DNA of 64,000 nt. Origin: Mobula hypostoma. Lineage: Eukaryota. Location: positions 36,458,001 to 36,522,000 of the forward strand of contig NC_086097.1 in NCBI RefSeq assembly GCF_963921235.1, read 5' to 3'. A model generated the notes under the pieces. It saw nothing but the letters and a program-made list of their open reading frames with translations, had not been told where the DNA came from and did not search any database. A program made the position numbers and the translations under genes. Shown piece after piece: positions 13,053 to 25,081 of the stretch; the first letter of the stretch is position 1; every line of letters begins with the position of its first letter.

Positions 13053-13480
13053 AAACACGAGGAAATCTGCAGATGCTGGAATTTCCAGCAACACACATAG
13101 AAGTTGCTGGTGAACGCAGCAGGCCAGGCAGCATCTCTAGGAAGAGGTACAGTTGACGTTTCAGGCCAGGACCCTTCGTCAGGACTAACTGAAAGAAGAG
13201 CTAGTAAGAGATTTGAAAGTGGGAGGGGAGGGGGAGATCTAAAATGATAGGAGAAGACAGGAGGGAAAGGGATAGTGCCAAGAGCTGGACAGGTGATTAG
13301 CAAAAGGGATATGAGAGGATCATGGGACAGGAGGCCTAGGGAGAAGGAAAGGGGGGGGGAACCCAGAGGATGGGCAAGGGGTATAGTAAGAGGGACAGAG
13401 GGAGAAAAAGGAGAGAGAGAAAAAGAATGTGTGTATATAAATAAGTAATGGATGGGGTACAAGAGGGAGGTGGGGCATTA
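13053..13480 (-). mobile_element. Penelope-like element 3' UTR / pseudo-LTR
   Basis: Closely matches the reverse complement of 47705-48098. Flanked by the direct repeat GCTCACCCA(A)ACACGA. Contains a hammerhead motif at 13151-13186. Confidence 0.85.
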
Positions 13481-14014
13481 GCTCACCCAACACGATTAGA
13501 TGCACAGTCATTTCCGAAGTTCACATATATGGTGCAGCAGGTATATTTTGCCAAATGCCAAGGTCCATATGTCAGTGAGATGTGCCAGTCACTCCACCCT
13601 CAGTGTGGGGTTCGGACTGGTGAAAGGTCTCTGTCTGAAACGTAGGCCATCTATTCCTCTCCATACATGGTGTCTGACCTGTTGAAGGAACTCAGGTCAG
13701 GCTGCATCTATGGAGGGATCTGCAGCATGTCTTGCGCTTTGGACTGCATTAGCATCAGAAGTGAAAGCTAAATTGAATATTGCATTTTAAGAGACTGGCC
13801 AAGTGTGACGGATTTGGTAAAAGTTTTCAGCTGACGCATTTAACATCTGCTGGAAGTAGGTAGAAGAAATAGATCATGATGGTCTGCAGTATTTTGATAG
13901 TCGTGTGGCCAGCTGAGCTTAATGCCCTGGCATTCCTGAGGATACTTCAAGCAGCAGGTAATGTCCTTCATAGCACTATTTAATGTGACCAACCTGAAGT
14001 TTCAGTACTAGAAT

Positions 14015-14094
14015 CAGGGGTTCCCAACCTTTTTTACTACATGGACCAATACCATTAGGCAAGGGGTCTATAGCCCCAAGGTTGGGAACCCCTG
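14015..14094. mobile_element. 80-bp hAT (Charlie-type) MITE
   Basis: Perfect 16-bp TIRs CAGGGGTTCCCAACCT / AGGTTGGGAACCCCTG, with CTAGA-containing flanks on both sides. Confidence 0.85.
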
Positions 14095-14354
14095 TCTAGA
14101 TGATGCCTTCCTTTTACATTTTAGTTATTTGAAGTTGGGGTACCAGACAGTGGGATAGCAAGTGATGTAGGACTTACTGTCTCCAAGATACGCACTTCGC
14201 TTTCTCCTTAAGACTGAGCGAATGAGAAGTAGCCACATGGGACAGCTCGTGATGCTAGGAGGAGGAGGAAGAGACGATTTGATTCTCAGGAGAAGGGAGC
14301 GTCTTGGCTTTCCCTCCAGCCATTATAGAAGGGTGCCGAAAAGAGTCAGCAGTA

Positions 14355-14600
14355 TGGTAGTGTAGTGGTTAGAACAGTTGATTTATGGTGGTCTCTGATC
14401 AGGGTTCAGTTCCTCCACTGTTTAAGGAGTTTGTACTTTCTCCCTGTGACGACCAGAGTTTCCACTGGGTGCACCAGCTTCCTCCCACATTCCAAAGACC
14501 TATGGTTAGGGTTAGGGTTAGGATTCGCAGGTTGTAGGCGTGCTATGTTGGCATTGGAAGCCTCACTGATTGTGACAAATAAAGCCGACTTTTAATCTAT
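14355..14600 (+). mobile_element. tRNA-derived V-SINE-like element
   Basis: A-box-like GGTAGTGTAGTGG, GGTTCAGTTCC B-box-like, and V-domain-like gagtttgtactttctccctgtg...ttcctcccacattccaaagac. Confidence 0.65.
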
Positions 14601-17444
14601 CAACAGGTACCTTATTCAAGAAAGTATACAAAGGCATCTTCACAGTTGATTTCTTTCCAACTACTGTATTGTGGATCCTCCTGTGTTTACAACACAATAA
14701 GCAGTTAGCTACAGGAAATAATCCTTAAAAAAATTACAGCATCAGTAGAAGCAATTATTGTCCAATTTCCAATTTCCCTCGGGATCAATAAAGTATGACT
14801 ATGACTATGACTGTGTCCATGGCACGCTATTGCAAATGACAAAGGACATGTCCCTCCTCAGACAAAAAATGAAAGTGAGATTATTAAAATCAGCTGTCTA
14901 GATTGCATGTATTTGACTTTGAGACAAGAATCTAAAGACTATTCTTTTTGGTATGTTCCTGATTGTCTCAGCTTTCCCAGGGACTATAATTAAGTTGTGC
15001 TGCTCTGGATGTACTAACTTAGACAGGTCACCCTCCAATATTTAGCTTTAGCTTCAGTAAGTAAATCCCAACATTGACATAGCACATTCCCTACAGGAAC
15101 TGGGTATGGTTTGTGTAAAGTAATCACATCCTTCTATCATATCCGGTGTCAGGATGATGTATGGAGAAAGAAGCCCACATCTCCAAATCTCAGTGGTGGT
15201 AGGCCTGACACCTCTGTTGTAACCGTGTACCTATTGCCTGCATCTTTGTAGACAGCTTCCAGTGCCATTTTCTTTAAAATAAAAGACAGCTGTGTTAGTT
15301 TTTCTGACATTAGGAGCTTCTGATATTGGGAATGGGGTTTCAATTCATCGTTTACAAAAGAACTGAGCACCTTTCCTTGGCTTCGTGCAATAAGACAAAT
15401 TTAAGACAGTCAAGAGTTTGAAGTGTCTCTTTGCTTACCCTGATGGTGGCTTCCTTTCCATTTTGGTTGAAAGTGAGGTGATATCATCCTTTGATAGCCT
15501 CAGAAATAACAGCTGTGACTTGTGGTCAATTACTTGTCATCATCTCCGGTAAATCACTCTAAGTCTGCAAAGGGCCATTGATGTCTTCAATGGCTAAAAT
15601 CTATCTCACAAAGAATTTGAAAAGAAGTGTCAACTGACAATAGGCATATTTTAAAATCAAGATGAAATACATCAACTTCAACTTGGTTAGTTTGAGAAAG
15701 GATATCTGTGACTCCTGTATGCCTGCACCTGGTCCCTGAGCTCCCTGTTCATCTTTGACTAGTAGATGCTGCCTGACACACTGTGAATGTGACATTCACT
15801 CACAGATGTGAGGACTGAATAAATTTTAATCACATTATTCCTTTTAACTTGGGATCAATTGCACTTCTGCCTTTGATGATTAGGTTACCATGTGTACCTA
15901 GATCATCTCTCCTGTGAAGAACTGGTCTGAAGATAGCCTCATCATTATGCAGGCCCTTTCCATTCCCAAATGAATCATCCCTTTTGGCACAACAACATAC
16001 CATCTTCAAGATATCACCTGCAAATCCAAAATAAAAGCATTTGATCAAGGCAACATCTGTGGAAAGGTGAGGAAACATTTCAGGCTAATGCATATTCATA
16101 TAATCGTATCTGTCAATTTCTTGCATCAATAGTTGATAGGATAAAGTACATCATGCCACTCTGATAGTTTCAAGCCCGATATCCTTGTCATTGGCAGTCT
16201 TGCTACATGGGTATCTTTGTTCAGGCAATGCTGAATCTTTCCATTCTAGGGTGTCTGAATCTTTGTAACCCATTTGATGCACCACAGAGGAGAACAACAT
16301 TAATCTCAAGTACTTCCTGATCACTTTATGCTTTTACGGTTCTGCAGTGTTCACAATGCATTACCATGTCCACCTAAAATCGGCTTGTGCATACTATTGA
16401 GCAATTCTCCTACATGATCCAAGAATCTTTTTCACGCATCTTTTTTACTTGAAACGTTACAACATGATCTACTATTTCTTGGCTTTGTTTTATTACTCAC
16501 TCTAAAGCATCTGATCAAACTGCCCTCATCAGTTCTTGGTCCACCTCTATGTCACATCTTGCTCAGATAAGACAGGGTCTTGCTTAGGTAATTAAACTAG
16601 AGCAATAGTTCCCAACAGGGTCAGTTCCATGCCCAAAGGGGGGCATTAGGAGAAATAGAAGTAATCGGGGGGGGGGAAAGAGGGGGATGTTCAAGATTCT
16701 TTGGGTGTGGGGGGTGGTATGCGGCACCCTAACCTGAGGCATGAGACCTGACCAACAATCAGTAGAGCAGGCACTTCCAAAAATAAAAAAAAAGATGAGG
16801 CACTGGAACACAGGAAGAACCAAAGCTCTGCAAGCAGTGAGCACTCGTTATCACAACACATCCGAAACCCGGCAATCTCATCTGACCTTACCAACCAAAC
16901 AGACATTACTGGGGATGCATAAATTAGCAACAGTTCTCCTTGACTCATGGCATGGAACGAGTTCATGCAACTTAACAATTGGTAAGTCAAGTACACCCTC
17001 TCAACTTTCTCTACACTTCTACGGAAAACAAGTCGTGCAACGATAGAGCGATGGCCAGAAGCAAATGGTGAAATAGAGCCAGTCGGTGAACTTGCCAACC
17101 CCAAGGATTCCTCTTGAGGTGTTCAAAGCAAACTTGGCTTCATATGTGTGGTCAAGAACCATCCTTGGAGATTAAGAGATCTTACGTGATTGGTCAATCG
17201 CCTGATCTGGAGTAGTAAAAAAGTGGCTTGCCAAACACTAGCTCTACCCTGACTAACATTCAGGTTCCAATCTGAATCCTTGTCAACGTAATTTTTGCTG
17301 TTGTGATTGTCTTCATCTTTGCCTCACCATTACTTTGCATGCCATTACCATCATTATATCCATGTCAACTCACTGCCATTGTCAATATCCAATAGGCATT
17401 CCCAGTTTGTGTTAATTTTTAAATTTATTTTAGCCCCATTTATG

Positions 17445-18024
17445 ATGGATAAATACGGACAGCATGATCTCTACGAGATTGAAGGTGGTGAAGCATTGAG
17501 TTCTAATCCTGCTAAGAAGCAGCATCTAGGCAGCCAGGGAGCAGGATTATTATTTGTAATACTGTACTGTCTAATGAAACCATGCAACCATCAATATTGC
17601 AGGAACACTTCCATAAAAAGACACTCTGAAAATGCTACTTCTTGTATTACTCGGTTCCAGAAGATGAAAGAAGCATTTGATAAGCATTACATTTGAGACA
17701 TTTGCCAAGAAAGCTAAAAATGACCTTGATAGTGGTCTCATTGCTTCTTATAACGTTGCCAAAATGATAGCAAAGTATGGAAAATCTCATACAATTAGTG
17801 AAAGATTAATAATATCTGCTGTGTCAAAAATGCTCACCACTGTTCTCAAAATGGATACCAGTATTTTAAAATCAATCCCCGTGAGCAATAACTCTGTAGC
17901 TTGTCGTATTGACAAAATTTTGAAGACATTGAGTATCAACTATGCACAGAGCTACAAAAAACAGAATTTAGGATACAACTAGAAGAGTCAACTGTGCAAT
18001 ACAATGAGGTACTGCTAATGGCAT
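17445..18024 (+). pseudogene. hAT transposase N-terminal part (ZBED5/ZBED8/SCAND3-like)
   Basis: GLIASYNVAKMIAKYGKSHTISERLI, KSIPVSNNSVACRID, FRIQLEEST. Confidence 0.8.
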
Positions 18025-18375
18025 CATCATCATCATCATCATCATCAGGTGCCATGCCTAATTTGAGCTTTGACTGCCATGGCCCACACACTCCTGTTTC
18101 GGGTGTAGTGAATTCATTGGTATTCATTTCCAGTTCTCTGGCTGCTGTCTTCATCATCATTTGTCTTTGCCTTCCTCTTGCTTTCTTCCCTTCAATCTTT
18201 CCCATAACTTCTGTGCATTCTCGTTTCATTTTAAAATCTTTTTTATTAATTATTATTGAAGATCAACAAAAAATACATTAAAGTAATCAAGTCAACATGT
18301 CAATATGTACAATGAGGAATTAAATTACCAAATAACTGATTAACAAGGCTAAACAATATATCAATATTGATACAT

Positions 18376-20885
18376 TGAGAATTGGAGGAGCAAATTTGTA
18401 AGGAGATAGCAGATATTTGTAGTAAGCACAAGGTTGTGATTGTGGGAGATCTTAATGTTCCACATATAGACTGCGAAGCCCATACTGTAAAAGGGCTGGA
18501 TGGTTTGAAGTTTGTAAAATGTGTGCAAGATAGTTTTTTGCAGCAATACATAGAGATGCCAACAAGAGAAGGGACAGTGTTGGATCTCCTGTTAGGGAAT
18601 GAGATAGGTCAGGTGACGGAGGTTTGTGCTGGGGAGCACTTCGGGTCCAGTGATCATAATGCTATTAGTTTCAATATAATTGTGGAGAAGGATAGGTCTG
18701 GAGCCAGGGTTGGGATTTTTGATTGGAGAAATGCTAACTTTGAGGAGGTGCGAAAGGATTTAGGAGGAGTGGATTGGAACAATTTGTTTTATGGGAAGGA
18801 TGTACTGTAATAGAAAAATGGAGGTCATTTAATGGTGAAATTCTGAGAGTACAGAATCTTTATGTTCCTGTTAGGTTGAAAGGAAAGGTTAAAAGTTTGA
18901 GAGAGCCATGGTTTTCAAGGGATATTGGAAACTTGGTTTGGAAAAAGAGAGAGATCTACAATAAATAGAGAAAGCATAGAGTAAATATAAAGAATGTAAA
19001 AAGAATCTTAAGAAATTAATTAGAAAAGCTAAAAGAAGCTAAAAGAAGATATTTGGCAAGTAAGGTGAAAATAAATCCCAAGGGTTTCTACCGTTATATA
19101 AATAGCAAAAGGATGGTGAGGGATAAAATTGATCCCTTAGAGAATCAGAGTGGACAGCTATGTGTGCAGCCAAAAGAGATGGGGGAAGATTCTGAACAAT
19201 TTCTTTTCTTCGGTATTCACTAAGGAGAAGGATATTGAATTGTGTAAGATAAGGGAAACGGGTAGGGAAGTTATGGAAACTATGATGATTAAAGAAGAGG
19301 TATTGGTGCTTTTAAGGAATATAAAAGTGGATAAGTCTCTGGGTCCTGACAGGATATTCCCTAGGACCTTGAGGGAAGTTAGTGTGGAAATAGCAGGGGC
19401 TCTGACAGAAATATTTCAAATGTCATTAGAAACGGGGATGGTGCCGGAGGATTGGCGTATTGCTCATGTTGTTCTATTGTTTAAAAAGGGTTCTAAGAGT
19501 AAACCTAGCAATTATTGGCCTGTAAGTTTGACGTCAGTGGTGGGTAATTTGATGGAAAGTATTCTTAGAGATGGTATATATAATTATCTGGATAGACAGG
19601 GTCTGATTAGGAACAGTCAACATGGATTTGTGCGTGGAAGGTCATGTTTGATAAACCTTATTGAATTTTTTGAAGAGGATACTAAGAAAGTTGACGAGGG
19701 TAAAGCGGTGGATGTTGTCTATATGGACTTCAGTAAGGCCTTTGACAAAGTCCCACATGGAAGGTTGGTTAGGAAGGTTCAATTGTTAGGTATTAATATT
19801 GAAGTAGTAAAATGGATTCAGCAGTGGCTGGATGGGAGACGCCAGAGAGTGGTGGTGGATAACTGTTTGTCAGATTGGAGGCCGGTGACTAGTGGTGTGC
19901 CTCAGGGATCTGTACTGGGTCCAATGTTATTTGTCATGTACATTAATGATCTGGATGATGGGGTGGTAAATTGGATGAGTATGTATGCAGATGATACTAA
20001 GATAAGTGGAGTTGTGGATAATGAAGTAGGTTTTCAAAGCTTGCAGAGAGATTTAAGCCAGTTAGAAGAGTGGGCTGAAAGATGGCAGATGGAGTTTAAT
20101 GCTGATAAATGTGAGGTGCTACATTTTGCTAGGACTAATCAAAATAGGACATACATGGTAAATGGTAGGGCATTGAAGAATGCAGCAGAACAGAGGGATC
20201 TAGGAATAATGGTGCATAGTTCCCTGAAGGTGGAATCTCATGTGGATAGGGTGGTGAAGAAAGCTTTTGGTATGCTGGCCTTTATAAATCAGAGCATTGA
20301 GTATAGGAGTTGGGATGTAATGCTGAAATTGTACCAGGCATTTGTGAGACTAAATTTGGACTATTGTGTACAGTTTTGGTCACCAAATTATAGGATGGAT
20401 GTCAACAAAATAGAGAGAGTACAGAGAAGGTTATCACCTAAGTTACAGAGAAAGTTTGAACAAGTTGGGTCTTTATTCATTAGAACGTAGAAGGTTGAGG
20501 GGGGACTTGATAGAGGTATTTAAAATTATGAGAGGGATAGATAGAGTTGACATGGATAGGCTTTTTCCATTAAGAGTGGGGGAGATTCAAACAAGAGGAC
20601 ATGAGTTGAGAGTTAAAGGGCAAAAGTTTAGGGGTAACATGAGGGGGAACTTCTTTACTCAGAGAGTGGTAGCTGTGTGGAACGAGCTTCCAGCAGAAGT
20701 GGTTGAGGCAGGTTTGATGTTGTCGTTTAAAGTTAAATTGAACAACTATATGGACAGGAAAGGAACGGATGGTTATGTGCTGAATGCAGGTCGGTGGGAC
20801 TAGGTGAGAGTAAGAGTTTGGCACGGACCAGAAGGGCCGAGATGGCCTGTTTCCATGCTGTAATTGTTATATAGTTATGTGGTTA
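18376..20885 (+). mobile_element. CR1 LINE (5'-truncated) inserted in the L1 3' UTR
   Basis: Endonuclease tail and long RT ORF; 3' terminal GTTATAT-type repeats. Confidence 0.92.
19150..20490 (+). CDS. CR1 ORF2 reverse transcriptase domain (446-aa open stretch, element defective)
   Basis: VPEDWRIA, SQHGF, MDFSKAFDKVPH, SGVPQGSVLGP, YADDTK. Confidence 0.88.
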   Translation: MDSYVCSQKRWGKILNNFFSSVFTKEKDIELCKIRETGREVMETMMIKEEVLVLLRNIKVDKSLGPDRIFPRTLREVSVEIAGALTEIFQMSLETGMVPEDWRIAHVVLLFKKGSKSKPSNYWPVSLTSVVGNLMESILRDGIYNYLDRQGLIRNSQHGFVRGRSCLINLIEFFEEDTKKVDEGKAVDVVYMDFSKAFDKVPHGRLVRKVQLLGINIEVVKWIQQWLDGRRQRVVVDNCLSDWRPVTSGVPQGSVLGPMLFVMYINDLDDGVVNWMSMYADDTKISGVVDNEVGFQSLQRDLSQLEEWAERWQMEFNADKCEVLHFARTNQNRTYMVNGRALKNAAEQRDLGIMVHSSLKVESHVDRVVKKAFGMLAFINQSIEYRSWDVMLKLYQAFVRLNLDYCVQFWSPNYRMDVNKIERVQRRLSPKLQRKFEQVGSLFIRT

Positions 20886-23800
20886 ATAATCAGAAGAAAA
20901 AGCGAAGTGTTAAAACTACTTTTTTTTGGAAAAAAGAAAGAAGGGAAAAAGAACCCCTACTAACTAAAGCAAAAAAACCTCTGCTAACAAAAAAACACTC
21001 ATTGGGAGCACAACCCCGGAGCTATACGCCATGCAAGCTTCCATAAAAGAAAAAGATCAATCCACCAACCCAAATCCATTTAAACAAGAATCAGAAGGAA
21101 ACCATCTTAATTAACTCAAATCAGATGATAGTAATGGGCAAAAGAACCCCATCTTTTCTCAAAGTCAAATCGAGGATCAAAAGTATGACTTCTGATTTTC
21201 TCCAAACTGAGGCATAGCATCACCTGAGAGAACCATTGTATCAAAGTGGGAGCAGAGGCATCTTTCCATTTCAATAAAATAGCCCTTCTGGCTAATAATG
21301 TAACAAATGCAATTACATGTTGGTCTGATATAGAAATACCATGAATATATTGAGGGATTATACTGAACAAAACTGTCAATTTATTAGGTTGTAAATTAAT
21401 TTTTAAAGCTTTAGAAATTGCAGAGAAAGTAGATTTCCAAAACTGTTTCAATATAGAGCACGACCAAAACATATGTGCCAATATAGCTGGCTCAGTTTTA
21501 AATCTATCACACTGAATATCAACATTAGGAAATATTTTAGACAGTCTCTCCTTTGTCAAATAGGAACGACGTATAATTTTAAATTGAATTAAAGAGTGAA
21601 TGGCACAAATCGAAAAAGAGTTAATCAACTTCAAAATTTGCAACCAATCCTTTGTTATCAAGGTCATGTTAAACTTCCTTTCCCAATCTTGCTTAATTTT
21701 AAGTGAAGGATAATTGTACTGTTATATTAGTAAATTATAAATTTTTCCCATAAAACCTTTCACTAAAGGATTCATTTTTAAAGTAATGTCTAACAGGTCA
21801 GAATCCTGTATATATGGAAAATTACTTAAATATTCTTGTAAGAAATGTCTGACCTAAGATATTGCAAGAAATATGAGTACGAGAGAGAGTATTTAGTTAC
21901 CAATTTCTCAAAAGACATCAATCAGCCATCTTGGAACAGTTCCATGAAGGAATAGACTCCTTTATTCCTCCGAAGAAAAAAGGTAGGATCACTTAGTGAA
22001 GGATTAAATAAATAATTTCGATAAATTAAACTAAGAAGGTTAAATTTTTTGAGATTAAAAATTTACGAATCTGGTACCAAATTCGTAATGACTGCTTAAT
22101 CATAGGATATAAATTTAATTTAGAAATTTTGGCCAGTTGTACGGGTAAAGAAGCTCCTAATAACGAAGTTAAGTAAAATTGTTTCACAGCTTTCAATTCC
22201 AAATCAACCCAATGTGGTCATTCATTTTTATCAGCCCAGTATAACCAGGAACACATACAACGTATATTAACAGCCCAATAGTACATTCTTAAATTAGGCA
22301 GAGCAACACCTCCATCCTTTTTTAATTTTCGTGAATGATATTTTCCAATTCTTGGTCTTTTATTATTCCAAACAAAAGATGAAGTAATAGAATCAACCTG
22401 ATCAAAAAACTTCTTAGTTTAAAAAAAAATAGGAATATTTTGAAATACATATAAAAATTTTGGTAAAATCATCATTTTAACTGCATGAATTCGGCCAGCT
22501 AACGAAAGTGTAAGTGGATTCCATCTACAAAATAAAAATCCACTAAAGGAACCAAATTGGCTCTATAAAGGTCTCTGTAATTTTTAGTGATAATAATACC
22601 TAAATATTTAAAAGAGTCCGTAACTTTAAAAGGAATATAATCATATATAGAAGCAGAATCATTTAGAGGAAATAATTCACTTTTATGAAAGTTTAGTTTA
22701 TATCCCGAAAACTTTCCAAATTCATTTAATAATTTCAATAAACTAGGAATGGATTCTTCAGGATTCAAAACATAAACTAAGAGATCAACAGCATAAAGGG
22801 AAATCTTATGAATAGTCCCATTTATGGAAATTCCATGAATATCTTTAGCTTCACGAAGTGCAATGGCCAAGGGTTTCAACACCAAATTAAATAACAAGCA
22901 ACTTAATGGACATCCTTGTCTTGTACCCCGCGAAAGTCGAAAAAAGGTCTGCAATTATTAGTAATAACAGTAGCAATAGGGCTTTTATATATCATTCTAA
23001 TCCACTTTTTAAAATTAATACCAAAGTTGAATTTCTCTAAAATGTTAAATAAGTATTTCCATTCAACTCTATCAAATGCCTTTTCAGTATCAAGCGAAAC
23101 AACACATTGGGGAGTCTTAGAAAAGGCTGAGTATATAACATTTAAAGAAAGAATAACGGCCCTTTACGAAAGTGTTTGGTCCTGACAGATAATTTTAGCT
23201 AGAATATTCTCTAGCCGTGCATTCTAACTCCTCTTTCCTAATCACATGTCCAATGAAGTCACGTTGCCTTTTCACGATCTCATACATTATTTCTCTTTTT
23301 GTGCTTGCTCTGTTCATGACATCTTCATTAGATATTCGTTTCGTCCATGATATTCTTTGCATCCTCCTCAAAAACCACATCTCTGCTGCTTCAATTCGTT
23401 TCCTCATGTTATCAGATATTGTCCAACATTCTGAACCATATAACATAACTGGTTAAACGTAACATTTCAGTACTCTGAGGCGGGTTGTCATGCCTAGTTT
23501 AGTGTTGGTCAGTATACTCTTCATTCTCGTAAAGGTGTCTTTTGCCATCCTTATTCTTCTGTTGATGTCCATGTTGCACCTGCCATCTGATGTCACCCAA
23601 AGTAGCAAAAGTTCTGTACTTGTTTTATGTATTCCCCATTTATTCTCAGCCTGCAGATAGGATTCTCCTTCTTTTTGGATATCAACATACAGTTTCTCTT
23701 TTTGCAATTGATAGATAGACCTATTTTTGCACTTTCTTCAACAACTATATCAATTAAGTTTTGTAGTTCTTCAGCCGTACTTGCAATTAACAGTGTCATC

Positions 23801-24231
23801 TGCATATCTAAAATTATTGATGTTTTCACTGCCAACTTTGATTCCCAAGATGTCTCTTATTTTTTGTAATATTGCTTCACCGTACACATTAAACAAATCA
23901 GGGGAGAAAACACACTCTTGTCTAACGCCTCTCTTGATTTTCGTAAACTGACTCCCTTCTCCATCTATTCTTACAGCGGCAGTTTGTTCCCAGTACAGAT
24001 TTCTGATTAGGCGGAGGTCTTTCGAATCTACATCTAGATTCCTGTAATATTTTGAATAACTTATTCTGACATGTTCCAGCACCTGTCCAACGAAATTCCC
24101 TAATTCCCATGATGTTAATCTTTAGTCTTTCCATTTCATTTATCATATTGTCCAATCTTCCTGCTTGATATAGGGTTCTTACATTCCAAGTGGCAATAAT
24201 TTGCTTTTGTGCAACTTCAATTTTATGAGCA

Positions 24232-24583
24232 CTCACAATGTGCTGGAGGAACTCAGCAGGTCAGTCAGCATCAGTTGAAAAGATTAGTCGACATTTCAGG
24301 CCGAAACCCTTCATCAGGACTGAAGGAAGAACTTTGGGGAGGGTTTGAAGAATGCTGGTAGTTGAAAAATACAGTAATTTGAAAGACAAAGGGGTGGGGG
24401 AGGGGAAGCAGGGAGGTGATTGGCAGGAGAACAATGCGCAGTAGTAGAAGGAAGCGGAACTATGAGGGAGGTGATGTGAAATAGGGATAGAGGAAGGGAG
24501 GGGGAGGGAATTACCGAAAGTTGGAGAATTCTATGTTCATACCAAGGGGCTAGAGACTACCTAGACTATCAAGATTGTGTTTA
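24232..24583 (-). mobile_element. Penelope-like 3' fragment inserted in the RTE
   Basis: TSD CAATTTTATGAGCA (24218-24231, 24584-24597). Encodes the end of the GIY-YIG domain (GSL.PLGMNIEFSNFR). Hammerhead motif at 24286-24321. Confidence 0.88.
24286..24321 (-). ncRNA. Minimal hammerhead ribozyme motif
   Basis: Minus strand reads AGTC-CTGATGA-AGGGTTTCGGCCT-GAAA-TG-TC-GACT. Confidence 0.65.
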
Positions 24584-25081
24584 CAATTTTATGAGCAGTA
24601 GCTTGATGACGGTCGGGGATCTCCTGCTGTCCTGAATCAACCCTACCGAGCGAAGCATCTTCAGAATTGTCTTGAAGATCCTCTTGACACTGTTGTTGTG
24701 TGATACCTTTTGTGAGTTTGATCATGGTTTTCTTAGCAAATAGATTCTAGGAAACCTAGTATCTAGCAACGGTGGTTTGCTATTGCCTTCCATGGGTGAA
24801 CTAAAGAAATCGCCATTTCTCTTCCCAAATGTTTATCCGCCTGTACTATAGCCAGTGACATTTGAGGTCCTAGCTCATCCGCCTTCTCCGTCATAAGTTC
24901 AGTTACTGAATCTGCCGGATCCGCCGTTGGCCTTCGCTCATATCCTGAGCAGGAACCCTTGCAGGTGCTACTGCTCCCAGTCAGAGCGGCCCTGGGAACA
25001 ATTAATGACTTCCCCAAAGCTCTGAAAGTCCCCAGTCAGAGCCTCATCACCAGTTGCAGTTTAGAGTCATACCCAGGACTA

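Larger units (their letters stand above)
18222..23216 (-). mobile_element. 5'-truncated L1-clade LINE inserted in the RTE
   Basis: TSD GTGCATTCT (18213-18221, 23217-23225). RGTRQGCPLS, HKISLYAVD and C-terminal CDRF...HMFWSC knuckle. AT-rich, with AATAAA near the 3' end. Confidence 0.9.
18025..25081 (-). mobile_element. RTE-clade LINE with 5' UTR and an internal deletion, interrupted by L1 and Penelope
   Basis: TSD GCTAATGGCAT (18014-18024, 25082-25092) and a (GAT)n 3' tail. Peptides IATWNVRTL, GVRQECVFSPDLFNVY, RYADD, MLYGSECWT, GKIEGKKARGRQR. Confidence 0.9.

Noticed and set aside
14505..14523. TTAGGG repeats suggesting an interstitial telomere
   Set aside because: Only about 3 units, inside a SINE where GGTTAG runs are common.
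17994..18281. ORFs with poly-Ser / poly-Asp runs
   Set aside because: They read through the (GAT)n tail of the RTE.
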